DNA of 64,000 nt from the human T2T-CHM13v2.0 reference genome, Homo sapiens, in NCBI RefSeq assembly GCF_009914755.1, contig NC_060928.1; one strand, 5' to 3'. Positions 1 to 15,583 of this stretch are shown here, in pieces. The position numbers and the translations under genes were made by a program. The notes under the pieces are model-generated. The model did not search any database. It saw nothing but the letters and a program-made list of their open reading frames with translations, and had not been told where the DNA came from. Every line of letters begins with the position of its first letter. Position 1 is the first letter of the stretch.

Positions 1-262
1 CTAGAGTGCAGTGGTGCGACACGGCTCACTGCAGCTTCAGTCTCCTGAGTTTAGTTGATCCTCCCACCTCAGTCACCTGAATAGCTAGGACTACAGGTGT
101 ACGCCACCACACCCAGCTAATTTTTTGTTTTACTTTATTTTTTGTAGACGTGGGTTTTCTCTGTGTTGCCCAGAGTAGTCATGAATTCCTAGGCTCAAGC
201 AGTCTTCTCACCTGGGCATCCCAAATTGCCGGGATTACAGATGTGAGCTACTGTGCCTGGCC
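1..262 (-). mobile_element. Alu (AluJ-like), cut by the window start
   Basis: Reverse Alu motifs ctagagtgcagtggtgcga...gggattacagatgtgagctactgtgcctggcc; high divergence. Confidence 0.85.
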
Positions 263-684
263 TGTTTCCTTATTTTTGTTCTCCACCCAGGTACTCTAAT
301 CTCTCACTTGGATTCCTTAGCTGTTGTGAAGGTATTTTCAAGTGTGGGCAATTGTTCAAGCTGATATTTCTGTGAGGAAAGAGCAGTAGAAAACTCCTAT
401 TCTGCCACCTTTCCATCATCAGTTTCATCACAGTTGTACTCTTTCTTGCAAAAACTCTACCATTAGAATTATTTGAAAACTTAGAGCCTTGTTAGAGAGT
501 CTGGCCTAGTTGTATCCTTTACCTCACTGTGTATAGGCGTTTCAGTATCCATAGTTCTCTTGGTCATTAACTAATGTTTTTAAATTGTTAGCTAAAAATA
601 AAACAAAAAACAAAACAAAGGAAACTAAAATGATATTAGATAAATGAAGTAGACAATGTGGAATGATAAGGATTTGTTTTCAAT

Positions 685-985
685 TTTTTTTTTTTAAAGA
701 GGCAGGAGCTCTCTCTGTCTTCCAGGCTGGAGTGCAATGGTGCAGTCCTAGCTCACTTCACTGTAGCGTCAAATTTCTCTGCTCAAACGATCCTCCTGAC
801 TCAGCCTTCTGAGCAGTTGGAATAGCAGGCACATGCCATTGCACCTTATTAAATTTTTTATTTTTTGTAGAGACGAGGTCTTGCTTTGTTGCGCAGACTG
901 GTCTGGAACTCGTGGCTTCAAATGATCCTCCTGCCTCAGCCTCCCAAAGTGCTAAAATTGCCGGCGCAAGCCACCATGCTGGACC
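685..985 (-). mobile_element. Alu (AluJ-like)
   Basis: Poly-T followed by caggctggagtgcaatgg...ctcccaaagtgct...ccaccatgctggacc. Confidence 0.85.
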
Positions 986-1269
986 TGTTTTCCCTTTTAA
1001 AAGTGACTATATTCCTCGAACAATGTGTTTTGTGGTCATATAAGTTTTGGGATTGTTGGTTTAAATAAAACCAATAGTTTCTTTTCTGCTGGACTCCTCA
1101 GAGTCTTTTAATATGCAAATATTTATCATTATGAAGTGATCAAAAGGATTTCTTATGGAAACTTAGTTGCCATGGCTTGGGGAGCAGCGACTTTTTGTAT
1201 TTTGCAATGTGAATGCAATAAATGACCACAAGTTCTTTCCATCACTGTGTGTTTGCCCTTTTGTGTGCA

Positions 1270-1694
1270 GTTTTGTACTCCTATGATAAAAGAAATGGAA
1301 TCAGTTTTTGCAGGCTTTAAGTCTGTGCCTGGCCCTGTTACTTTCTTTGGCCAGTGTGATGTCAGCAATCATGATGCACACAGGCTTGAAAGTGCTTGAG
1401 GCTTGCCTTCCCTTGCTGCTCTTTTAAATCCTACCTTATCTATATTAAGAAATATTTACTAGCTTCCTGGAGGATGAGAGACCCTGTGGAACAGAATGAG
1501 CCCCCTTAGCTGAGAATCCTTCTACCCAGCTGTCCTGCCAATTACCAGACATGTGACATCATGCTGGACTATCCTGTCCCAATTGAAGTTTGTCCACACC
1601 CAGTTAACTCTCAGAACTGTCAGAAATAATATATGTCTGTTGTTTTAAGTCGCTAATTTTTGGGGTAATTAACTATCAAAAGCTAAAGGATGCA
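1270..1694 (+). mobile_element. MLT1-family MaLR LTR remnant
   Basis: MLT1-like 3' end aaataat...tgttgttttaagtcgctaatttttggggtaatt and 5' motif tggccctgttactttctttggcca; boundaries approximate. Confidence 0.55.
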
Positions 1695-3051
1695 TATACT
1701 TGTTAACTTTTTATATAATGCAGTTGTTTTGCAAATTTAGGCTGAGAAACAGTGCTCTATGGGTAGGAATATTCTCTAAGGACTTATTGGTAGCTTAGGT
1801 TACTTAGTGTGGTTTTGAATTCTTTTTGAGACATTTTCAAATTTACTATTGAATTTTAACTTAATTTCCAAAAATTTCTATAGCAGAACATGCTCATTTA
1901 ATGTAAATAATTTGACAAATGGAATTATGTAATAATGGATGATTGATGTTGGGCTAGTAGAAACTTTCTCTAGAATCGATGTTATAAAACCTTGGCTGAT
2001 TATTATGAGTTTTTTTTTATCTGCAATATTTATCTGTATTTTATTGCATACTGTTGCATAAAATAATGGGTCAGGTAGATGCCCAGTCATCAAATGCCAC
2101 ATGTCAGAATTTCAGGTGATAGTTACAAACTACATCAATCAAAAACACTTTCTAGTTTAAAACAATTTGGAACTACAGAACATACAGTAACATTTTGAAT
2201 TTAAAATTACTGCCAATGGGGAATGTGTTTAAACAGCATCCACTCTTGGAATTGCTAAACTGATTTATTCATCATAGGAACTGGTACTACAACTGCATAT
2301 TTAATTGCTCTAATGAAAGATTTTTTTTCTTTATTTTCCTGTAATACAGTATTTACAATCCATGGACTTGTGCCATTTTCCATTTGGCACTTTATTATTT
2401 GGCCTAAGGCCATGGTGTGCTGTGATGTTACTCATGAGCTCTGGAGTGATTAACACTGGTGAAAGTACTTTCTTATACTGCATTTTATGCTTGCTTCAGA
2501 TAATAAAAATTTTCCTGAGAAGTCAACATTTCTGTAATTAGATTCCTAAAAATTCAGTTTCCTGATTTCTGGCAATTACATCTACAAAAATTTCTCCAGA
2601 TTATTTCTGCAGATGGTTAATACTTATTTTGGTATAGAAAACCTGTTTCAAATGGCTAGTTAATTATCAACATTTAAAAAATAGTATAGTGGGCATTTAG
2701 CATGTTTTCAGAAAAGATTTTAGTGCATAAAGTTAAAATTTCCAAATCACACTTGCCTAGTTATATTTAAGTTTGCAAGAAAGGTGCTAGGATGGAAATA
2801 TTGCCAGTGAAAATATAAATGTTAATACATTACTAATTTTAGGAGACCACAAGTGTTAGCCACTTACTTAAATGTAATGTTTCCTTCTTTTGGAGCTTCT
2901 GAATGGTGATTACAGTGACATTAAGGTCAAATGCGTTTTCTTTACAGCATGAATCCTTACAATCTAGGAATATGCTAATATTCATTGTGAAATTCCAATT
3001 TTCTTATCCAGAGATAACAGCTGTTAACATTTTGTTATAGTTCCTGTAAGA

Positions 3052-3053
<2 letters not shown>

Positions 3054-3105
<52 letters not shown>

Positions 3106-3120
3106 TGTGTGTGTATGTAT
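3054..3120. repeat. (TG)n microsatellite occupying the tail position of the adjacent Alu
   Basis: About 22 uninterrupted TG units, then TATG interruptions, directly abutting the Alu 3' end. Confidence 0.95.
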
Positions 3121-3123
3121 ATT

Positions 3124-3413
<290 letters not shown>

Positions 3414-4059
3414 GTCTTTGTATATTTTAATGTAGTTAATCTTAAGATATATGTAGTTTTATATTCTGCTTTTTTCACTTAAAATTATGTAGTAAACATT
3501 TTACATTAGAATTTGTTGGCAAAACTTTTTAAATGACTACACCAAAGACTTTTATGTGGATAAACTGTAATTGGTTGATCCTTCTTTAGTCTCAAATATT
3601 TAGGCTTTTGTCTATTTTTCCATACCATTGTTATAAAGATATTTGTGTGTAAATCTTTGCATTTATGATTTTTAGAAATAAAAGTATAAGACTAAAATGT
3701 ATTATTTTTAAAGCTTGTGACAAATATCAAGCTTTTGTTTTCAGAAAGGTTATTCTAATTTATGATATATGACAAAAATTTAAAATTATAACAACCTTAA
3801 GCAGGAACTCAATTTTCACTTTGGTTATTTTCTTTTTACTTTTCACTAGAGTTTATTTTTTTAACTTTTGGAAAGATCTTTATTGTCAGAAATTGATATT
3901 GAATAATCTTTAGATAAATACAGATTTTAAAAAGAAAATGAAAAATAATTATTAATTATATATCTTCTCCTTTCTATAAAAGTGTTAAATTTTTAGATAA
4001 AAGGGTATAGCTGGGCCATTACTTTTAATGTATTTTACAGTACATGACAGCAGGTTCTT

Positions 4060-4146
4060 ACCTTTTATTTATATCCTTAGTACTTAGCATATGAATAGCA
4101 CATAGTAGATACCCAATCAATATTTGTTGAGTGAGTGAATGAATAA
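4060..4146 (+). mobile_element. L2 3'-end remnant
   Basis: ...agcacatagtagatacccaatcaatatttgttgagtgagtgaatgaat, the typical L2 terminus. Confidence 0.6.
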
Positions 4147-6571
4147 CTGTAATTTTCATGAATAAACCCCATATTAAATGATAAATTTCAGATATATGTG
4201 AAAATGAATTTCTCATCTTTCTTCTTTACCAAAGTACAATAGTCTATTATTAACCTCATGAAGCACCTTTAGATTTTCCATATTTTATAAAGCAGCTGAT
4301 TTCTTCTATGATTTTTAATCCATGTTCAGTGAATTTAACATTTTTAGAATAAAAATGCCTATAATAGTACTGTGCTATCTACTCTGGAAAGATATAAAGA
4401 AGTCCTTTATGTTTTCTGCAGAAACATTTTGCTGCTTTTATCTACTATTAAAAATTCTTATTTTAGTAAGGTAAACAAAAAATAGTGCTTTTAATATTTG
4501 TATTCATATATTATCATTGTGATAAGTTTCTCTATGTACACCATAACAATTTTCAGTGATAAGTGGCATTCTTAACCAAATATATACAAATGGAGTATCA
4601 TCAAGTTTAATTCTTTTATGCATCTAAACCTGCCTCTCCTCACCTCCATGCTTTCTCTGTTTCATTTTATGTAGCATTTTAGGTTGTTCCTTATTATTTG
4701 GAAGTAATTCATCTTTATACTTTTTGATCTTGCCTTTGGATTCTAGTTTTCAGAATTTGGACATTTGGTTCACAATGAGCTAATGTATAAACCATTAGAG
4801 AGGTAGTACTCCATTTTCTTGTGAACGCAGTTTTGTAAAGTGAACTGCAGCCAGAGCCTCAGGACTAATTGTATAACCCAAACCCCTTAGTAAACTCCGA
4901 TCCAGGTTAAACTTAGAGGTCGTTGGCTATCAAATTGAGTGTATACCACATATCATTAGTTAAATAAACATTTATTTACTCCCATTTTAAAATGTAGCAG
5001 TTTTCTTAATTATATGAATAATCAACTGTCTCTTTCACTAATTATATATTTAAAATTTACTACTATATTTTCACCTGGCACCTTTTCAGATGAGCCTAGA
5101 ACATCAGAATGTGACAGTCAGTTGAGTTTCATAGGATGAGCTCATTAGCAGTACATTTCTGGTGCAAAGGTTTGAGTGAAGTAGTTTAATTGACTATAAT
5201 TATATTTCATTCTTCATATCCCCTTAGGATAATTAGAAGAAATTCATTTTAGTTTTTATTCTTTAAATACAGTACTGCATTTTATATTTTATTTTTTTAC
5301 AGGCTCAAAGATTGAGGGTTTCTATGATGCTTTATTAAATAAAAGATTGCTTTTTTTGGAATAAATAGTATAACCTGTGGAAATGCTATTAATTCCATAT
5401 TGGTTCTTGGCAGGGCTTTTAAATTTGGTTTCTTTTGATTTGCTTCTTGTTGTCTAGACAGAAAAGTGTCTTCTATCACTCCCAAGATCCCAGTCTTTCT
5501 TGCCAGCTTCTCTTGTGCATTTTTATAGTTTTAAGTAATAGCAATTGAACAGGAAAGCACATTTGGGAAAGTAGATTACTTTTTACCAGGAAATAGTGCC
5601 AGAATCAAGATTGTAGTTTTAATCTCCTTAAATATTTCAGAAGGTTAACTCTTTCATTTCACTTTTCTTTTTATACCTTACTTTTGTTGGGCTTTTATAA
5701 AGGAGGAAAAATGGGAGAGATAGCAAAAGTTACTGGAAGGATCATCAATTTCTATCCTCAGCTCTGATCCTGATTAACTTTTGGTGAAATCAAATAGCCT
5801 TCCTCTCAGACTCTAAATGGAAAATTTAATTTGCAATTTCTGATGGTTATCTTGTTCTGTATTTAGAAATAATGTTGAAGTTGTGATAGAGGCATTATGC
5901 TACGCTTCTTTGTATATTTGATCAGTGCTCTTTAAATACTTCATGAGTGTTTGCTACAGTTACATATTTTCAGACAGAGTAAAGGAGATAATAATTCGCA
6001 TAAAGACTAGTACCCACTAGTAGGGTTAACGTGGTTCTTTTGTGGTACCACACTTCATCACTTTACTATATACAGATATGAAGTAATTGTATACTCATTT
6101 ATCTCGCCCTTTAGTTCATTGGTCCCATTACTTCATAGTGTGATCTTTCCAAAATAAATTACTAATATAGCTTAAAATCTATCAGCCTAACTGCCTATTG
6201 ATCATCTCTAGTATGAAATCTGTGCTCATTAGCCTCCTTTTCCACTTGCATCTCACTTTATGCTCTAGTCTTGTTGAACCACTTCATATTTTTGCACATG
6301 CTGTCCTCCCATCTGCCTGAAAAGTTATTTTATGACCTCTCAGTTACCAAAGATCCTGTAATGTGTACACCTCATGCCTTCCATACACATGGACTCCAAA
6401 TACACATATATGCTTTGTGGACATAATTGTGTCTTGTGTACCTTTGTATCCCTAGTGCTTGGCAAATAAAAACAACTAACTTAATTTTAGTTGAATGGCT
6501 GAGTGGATATTTTGTGAAGCAGTTTATGGTAGTTCCTATTTTTTCAGAAATAGTTCTTTTGCCTTTACATA

Positions 6572-6691
6572 TGTATTAGTCAAGATTCTCAAGAGAAACA
6601 ACCAATGGGATGGATGGATGGATAGATGGGTGGATGGATGGATGGGTAGGTAGGTAAAGAGGTAGCTAGGTAGATAGCTAGGTAGGTAGGC

Positions 6692-6749
<58 letters not shown>

Positions 6750-7254
6750 GAGAGGAGATTTATTAGGGGAATTGGCTCACACAATTATGGACGCTGAGAA
6801 GTCCCTCATAGGCTGCCTGCAAGCTGGAGATGTAGGGAAGCCTGTAGAAGGTAGTGTGACTCAGTCCAAGTCCCAGGGTCTCATAATCAAGGAAGCCAGT
6901 GGTGTAATTCTCAGTGAGACTGAAGGCCTGAGAACCCAGGGGGCTGCTGGTATAAGTCCCAGAGTCCAAAGGCTGGAGAACGTAGAGTCCCAATATCCAA
7001 GGACAGGTAAAGAAGGGTATTCTAGTTCCAGGAAAAAGAGCAAATTTTGCCTTTTTACTGCCTTTTAATTTTGTCTGGACTCTTAGCTGATTGGATGGTG
7101 CCTGCCCACATTGAGGGCTGATCTTTCCTAATGAGTCCATTGACTCACACCATTCTCTGGAAACATCCTCACAGATACACCCAGAAATAATGCTTTACTA
7201 GCTATTACATATCCCTTTATTCAGTCAAGTTGACACCTAAAATTAGCCATCACA
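6572..7254 (-). mobile_element. MLT2 (ERVL) solo LTR
   Basis: tgtattagt...gagatttattaggggaattggctcacacaattatgg...caagttgacacctaaaattagccatcaca, with TG..CA termini. Confidence 0.85.
6607..6749. repeat. Compound GGAT/GGTA/AGAT tetranucleotide STR with a perfect (AGAT)14 at 6692-6747
   Basis: Counted directly from the sequence. Confidence 0.95.
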
Positions 7255-7261
7255 CCAAATG

Positions 7262-8430
7262 TTTTTGTTGGGTAACAGCTTTATTTAGATGTAATTCACA
7301 TACCAAACAATTTATTCATTTAAAGGGTACAATTCCATGGTCTTTAGTATATCTATGGAATCAAGTAACCATCTCCACAGTCAATTTTTAAAGATTTTCA
7401 CCACCTAAAAAGAAACCCTGTGCCCTGTACTTACTACCTCCCAACCTGCCCATCTCACTTAGATAATCACTTTGATTTGCCTGTTCTGTACATTTTCTAT
7501 AAATGGAATCATAAAATATGTGGCTCTTTGTGACTGGATTATTTTATTTAGCATAGGTTTTCCAGGTTCATGCATGTTGCAGCATGTATCAGTATTTAAT
7601 TTTTTTTAACTGCCAGATCATATTCCATTGTGTTGATATAGCCCATTTGATTTATCAGTTCATCAGTTGATGGACAATTGGGTTGTTTCTACTTTTTGGC
7701 TATTATGATAATCCTGCTGTGAACATTCATGTACAAGTTTTCGTGTGAATACTTGCTTTTAATTCTTTAAGGTACATATCTGGAAGTGGAATTGCTGAGT
7801 CATATGGTAACTTTGTGTTTTAACCTTTTGAGGGTCTTCTAGATATTTTCCAAAGTATCTGTACCATTTTACATTCTTACCAGTAATATATAGAGAGTTC
7901 CCATTTTTTCCACTTCTTTGCTAACACTTGTTATTATTTATCTTTTTGATTATAGCTATCCTAGTGGGTGTAAAGTATTATCTCATTGTGGTTTTGACTT
8001 TCATTTCCTAAATGACTAATGATGTTGAGCATCTTTTCATTTGCTTATTGACCATTTCTATTGCATCTGCTTTAGGGAAATGTCTAGTCAGATCCTTTCC
8101 CATTCTTAATTCGGTGATTTGTCTTTGTATTATTGAGTTGTGACAGTTCTTTATGTATTCTAGATATGATTCCTTTATCAGATATGTTATTTGCACATTT
8201 ATTTTTCCAGTTAGTTGTCTCTTTCACTTTCTTGATAGGGTCCTTTGAAGCACAAAAGTTTAAAAAAAATTTTTGATTAAGTCCAGTATCTTTTTGTTGT
8301 TGTTGTTGAATGTACCTTTGGTGTCACATTTGAAGAACTGTTGTCAAATCCAAGGGCTTTAAGGTTTACTCTGTTTTTTCTTCTAAGAGTTTTATAATTT
8401 TAACTCTTACATTTAGATCTTTGATTCATT
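7262..8430 (-). mobile_element. Old L1M (L1MB-like) 3' UTR and ORF2 C-terminal part
   Basis: Typical reverse L1MB 3' end (acagctttatttagatgtaattcacatacc...); ORF 8008-8196 gives decayed ORF2 (KDLTRHFPKAD...MKRCSTSLVI). Confidence 0.85.
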
Positions 8431-8653
8431 TTTTTAAATTTTATTATTATTATACTTTAAGTTTTAGGATACATGTGCACAATGTGCAGGTTAGTTAAAT
8501 ATGTATACATGTGCCATGCTGGTGTGCTGCACCCATTAACTCGTCATTTAGCATTAGGTATATCTCCTAATGCTATCCCTCCCCCCTCTCCCCACCCCAC
8601 AACAGTCCCCAGAGTGTGATGTTTCCCTTCCTGTGTCCATGTGTTCTCATTAT

Positions 8654-12489
<3,836 letters not shown>

Positions 12490-12537
12490 TTATTTTGCTC
12501 ATTAGTTGATGCAGTTTCTTCCTAGTCTCAATGGTCT

Positions 12538-13554
12538 TTACATTTTGGCATGATTTTGCAGCGGCTGGTACCAGTTGTGCCTTTCCATGTTTAGTGCTTC
12601 CTTCAGGAGCTCTTTTAGGGCAGGCCTGGTGGTGACAAAATCTCTCAGCATTTGCTTGTCTGTAAAGTGTTTTATTTCTCCTTCACTTATGAAGCTTAGT
12701 TTGGCTGGATATGAAATTCTGGGTTGAAAATTCTTTTCTTTAAGAATGTTGAATATTGGCCTCCACTCTCTTCTGGCTTGTAGAGTTTCTGCCGAGAGAT
12801 CCGCTGTTAGTCTGATGGGCTTCCCTTTGTGGGTAACCTGACCTTTCTCTCTGGCTGCCCTTAACATTTTTTCCTTCATTTTAACTTTGGTGAATCTGAC
12901 AATTATGTGTCTTGGAGTTGCTCTTCTCGAGGAGTATCTTTGTTTTGTTGTCTGTATTTCCTGAATCTGAATGTTGGCCTGCCTTGCTGGATTGGGGAAG
13001 TTCTCCTGGATAATATCCTGCAGAGTGTTTTCCAACTTGGTTTCATTCTCCCCATCACTTTCAGGTACACCAATCAGATGCAGATTTGGTCTTTTCACAT
13101 AGTCCCATATTTCTTGGAGGCTTTGTTCATTTCTTTTTATTCTTTTTTCTCTAAACTTCCCTTCTTGCTTCATTTCATTCATCTCATCTTCCATCACTGA
13201 TACCCTTTCTTCCAGTTGATCGCATTGGCTCCTGAGGCTTCTGCATTCTTCACGTAGTTCTCGAGCCTTGGCTTTCAGCTTCATCAGCTCCTTTAAGCAC
13301 TTCTCTATATTGGTTATTCTAGTTATACATTCGTCTAAAGTTTTTTCAAAGTTTTCAACTTCTTTGCCTTTGGTTTGAATTTCCTCCTGTAGCTCGGAGT
13401 AGTTTGATCATTTGAAGCCTTCTTCTCTCAACTCGTCAAAGTCATTCTCCGTCCAGCTTTGTTCTGTTGCTGGTGAGGAGCTGCGTTCCTTTGGAGGAGG
13501 AGAGGCGCTCTGCTTTTTAGAGTTTCCAGTTTTTCTGCTCTGTTTTTTCCCCAT
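12538..13554 (-). pseudogene. L1 ORF1 (338 codons) with a single nonsense codon at codon 49
   Basis: ATG at 13554-13552, same frame as ORF 12538-13284, 1017 bp in total; in-frame TGA at 13410-13408 (probable CGA>TGA). Confidence 0.9.
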
Positions 13555-14137
13555 CTTTGTGGTTTTATGTTTGTTTGGTCTTTGATGATGGTGATGTACA
13601 GGTGGGTTTTTGGTGTGGATGTCCTTTCTGTTTGTTAGTTTTCCTTCTAACAGACAGGACCCTCAGCTGCAGGTCTGTTGGAGTTTGCTAGAGGTCCACT
13701 CCAGACCCTGTTTGCCTGGGTATCAGCAGCACTGTCTGCAGAACCGCGCATTTTCATGATCTGCAAATGCTGCTGTCTGATCATCCCTCTGGAAGTTTTG
13801 TCTCAGAGGAGTACCCGGCCGTGTGAGGTGTCAGTCTGCCCCTACTGGGGGGTGCCTTCCAGTTGGGGTGCTCGGTGGTCAGGGGTCAGGGACCCACTTG
13901 AGGAGGCAGTCTGCCTGTTCTCAGATCTCCAGCTGCGTGCTGGGAAAACCACTGCTGTCCTGAAAGCTGTCAGACAGGGACATTTAAGTCTGCAGAGGTT
14001 ACTGCTGTCTTTTTGTTTGTCTGTGCCCTGCCCCCAAAGGTGGAGCCTACAGAGGCAGGCAGGCCTCCTTGAGCTGTGGTGGGCTCCACCCAGTTCAAGC
14101 TTCTTGGCTGTTTTGTTTACCTAAGCGAGCCTGAGCA

Positions 14138-14503
14138 ATGGCAGGCACCCCTTCCCCAGCCTCGCTGCCGCCTTGCAGTTTGATCTCAGACTGCTGTGCT
14201 AGGAATCAGCGAGACTCCGTGGGCGTAGGACCCTCTGAGCCAGGTGCAGGATGTAATCTCCTGGTGCGCCGTTTCCTAAGCCCGTTGGAAAAGGGCAGTG
14301 TTCAGGTGGGAGTGGCCCAATTTTCCAGGTGCCCTCTGTTACCCCTTTCCTTGACCAGGAAAGGGAACTCCCTGATCCCTTGCGCTTCCCGAGTGAGGAA
14401 ATGCCTCGGCCTGCTTCGGCCGGCACACGGTGCACTGCACCCACTGTCCTGCGCCCACTGTCTGGCACTCCCTAGTGAGATGAACCCGGTACCTCAGATG
14501 TAA
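14138..14503 (+). CDS. L1 ORF0 (primate antisense ORF in the 5' UTR), 121 codons, downstream of the L1 antisense promoter
   Basis: MAGTPSPASLPPCSLISDCCARNQRDSVGVGPSEPG matches the ORF0 N-terminus; strong Kozak context gcaATGG. Expression is not shown. Confidence 0.7.
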   Translation: MAGTPSPASLPPCSLISDCCARNQRDSVGVGPSEPGAGCNLLVRRFLSPLEKGSVQVGVAQFSRCPLLPLSLTRKGNSLIPCASRVRKCLGLLRPAHGALHPLSCAHCLALPSEMNPVPQM

Positions 14504-15279
14504 ATGCAGAAATCCCTCATCTTCTGCGTTGCTCACGCTGGGAGCTGTAGACCGGAGCTGTTCCTATTCAGCCATCTTGGCTCCTCCCCACTATTTTGAA
14601 TGTTTTCTATGTTATCTTTTGAGATAATCTAGTGTTTCTTAGTCTGTCAATATGAATTATATTAATTGATTTTCAATGTTTGAATCAGTCTTGTAGTCCT
14701 GGAATGAACTCCACTGGAATGTAGTATTCCTTTTGCACATTGCTGAATACTGTCTACTAATATTTTGTTGAGGATTTTTGCATATATGTTCATGAGAAAT
14801 ATTGTTCTGTAGTTTTCTTAGAATGTTTTTGTCTGCTTTTGTTATCAGGATAATGTTGGCACGGTGAAATGAGTTGGGAAGTATTCTCTTTAGTTTTTAT
14901 TTGTTGGAAGAAATTGTGTAGAATTAGTATTATTTTTCCCTTATATGTTCTCCATTGAAATCATCTGGGTCTGGAATTTTCATTATTTGGAAGGCTTATG
15001 TAAATTTTAATATTTTTACTAAATCTAGGACTATTCAGATTATCTGTTTTTTTTCTCAAGTGAATTTTGGTAGTTTATATTTTTTCAAGAATTCTGTTTC
15101 ACCTAAGTTGTTGAATTTATGGCCAAAGAGTCATTCATAGTATTTCCTTATATTTTTAATATCTGTTGGATCAGTGGTATGTCCGGTCTTTCATTTTTGA
15201 TATTGGTAATGTGTGTTTACTTTCTCTTTTCCTTGGCTAGAGGTCTGTCATTTGTATTGATCTTTTCAAATTGCCTTTC

Positions 15280-15583
15280 TTTCTTCTTTTTTTTTCTGAG
15301 ACAGAGTCTCACTCTGTTGGCCAGGCTGGAGTGCAATGGCATGATCACAGCTCACTGTGACCTCTGCCTCCTGGGTTCAAGCCATTTTCATGCCTCAGCC
15401 ACTTGAGTAGCTGGGATTACAGGCATGCACCATCACGCCTGGCTAATTTTTGTATTTTTAGTAGGGAAGGGTTTTTGCCATGTTAGCTGGCTAGGCTGTT
15501 CTCAAATTCCTGGCCTCAAGTGATCTGCCCACCTCAGCCTTTCAAAGTGCTGGAATTACAGGTGTGAGCCACTGCGCCCAGCC
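15280..15583 (-). mobile_element. Alu (AluS/J)
   Basis: gagacagagtctcactctgttggccaggctggagtgc...gagccactgcgcccagcc. Confidence 0.9.

Noticed and set aside
2200-2620. Repeat-free, enhancer-looking stretches (also ~27480-28340 and ~49150-49430)
   Set aside because: Conservation or activity cannot be judged from this sequence alone; no exon or ncRNA signature found.
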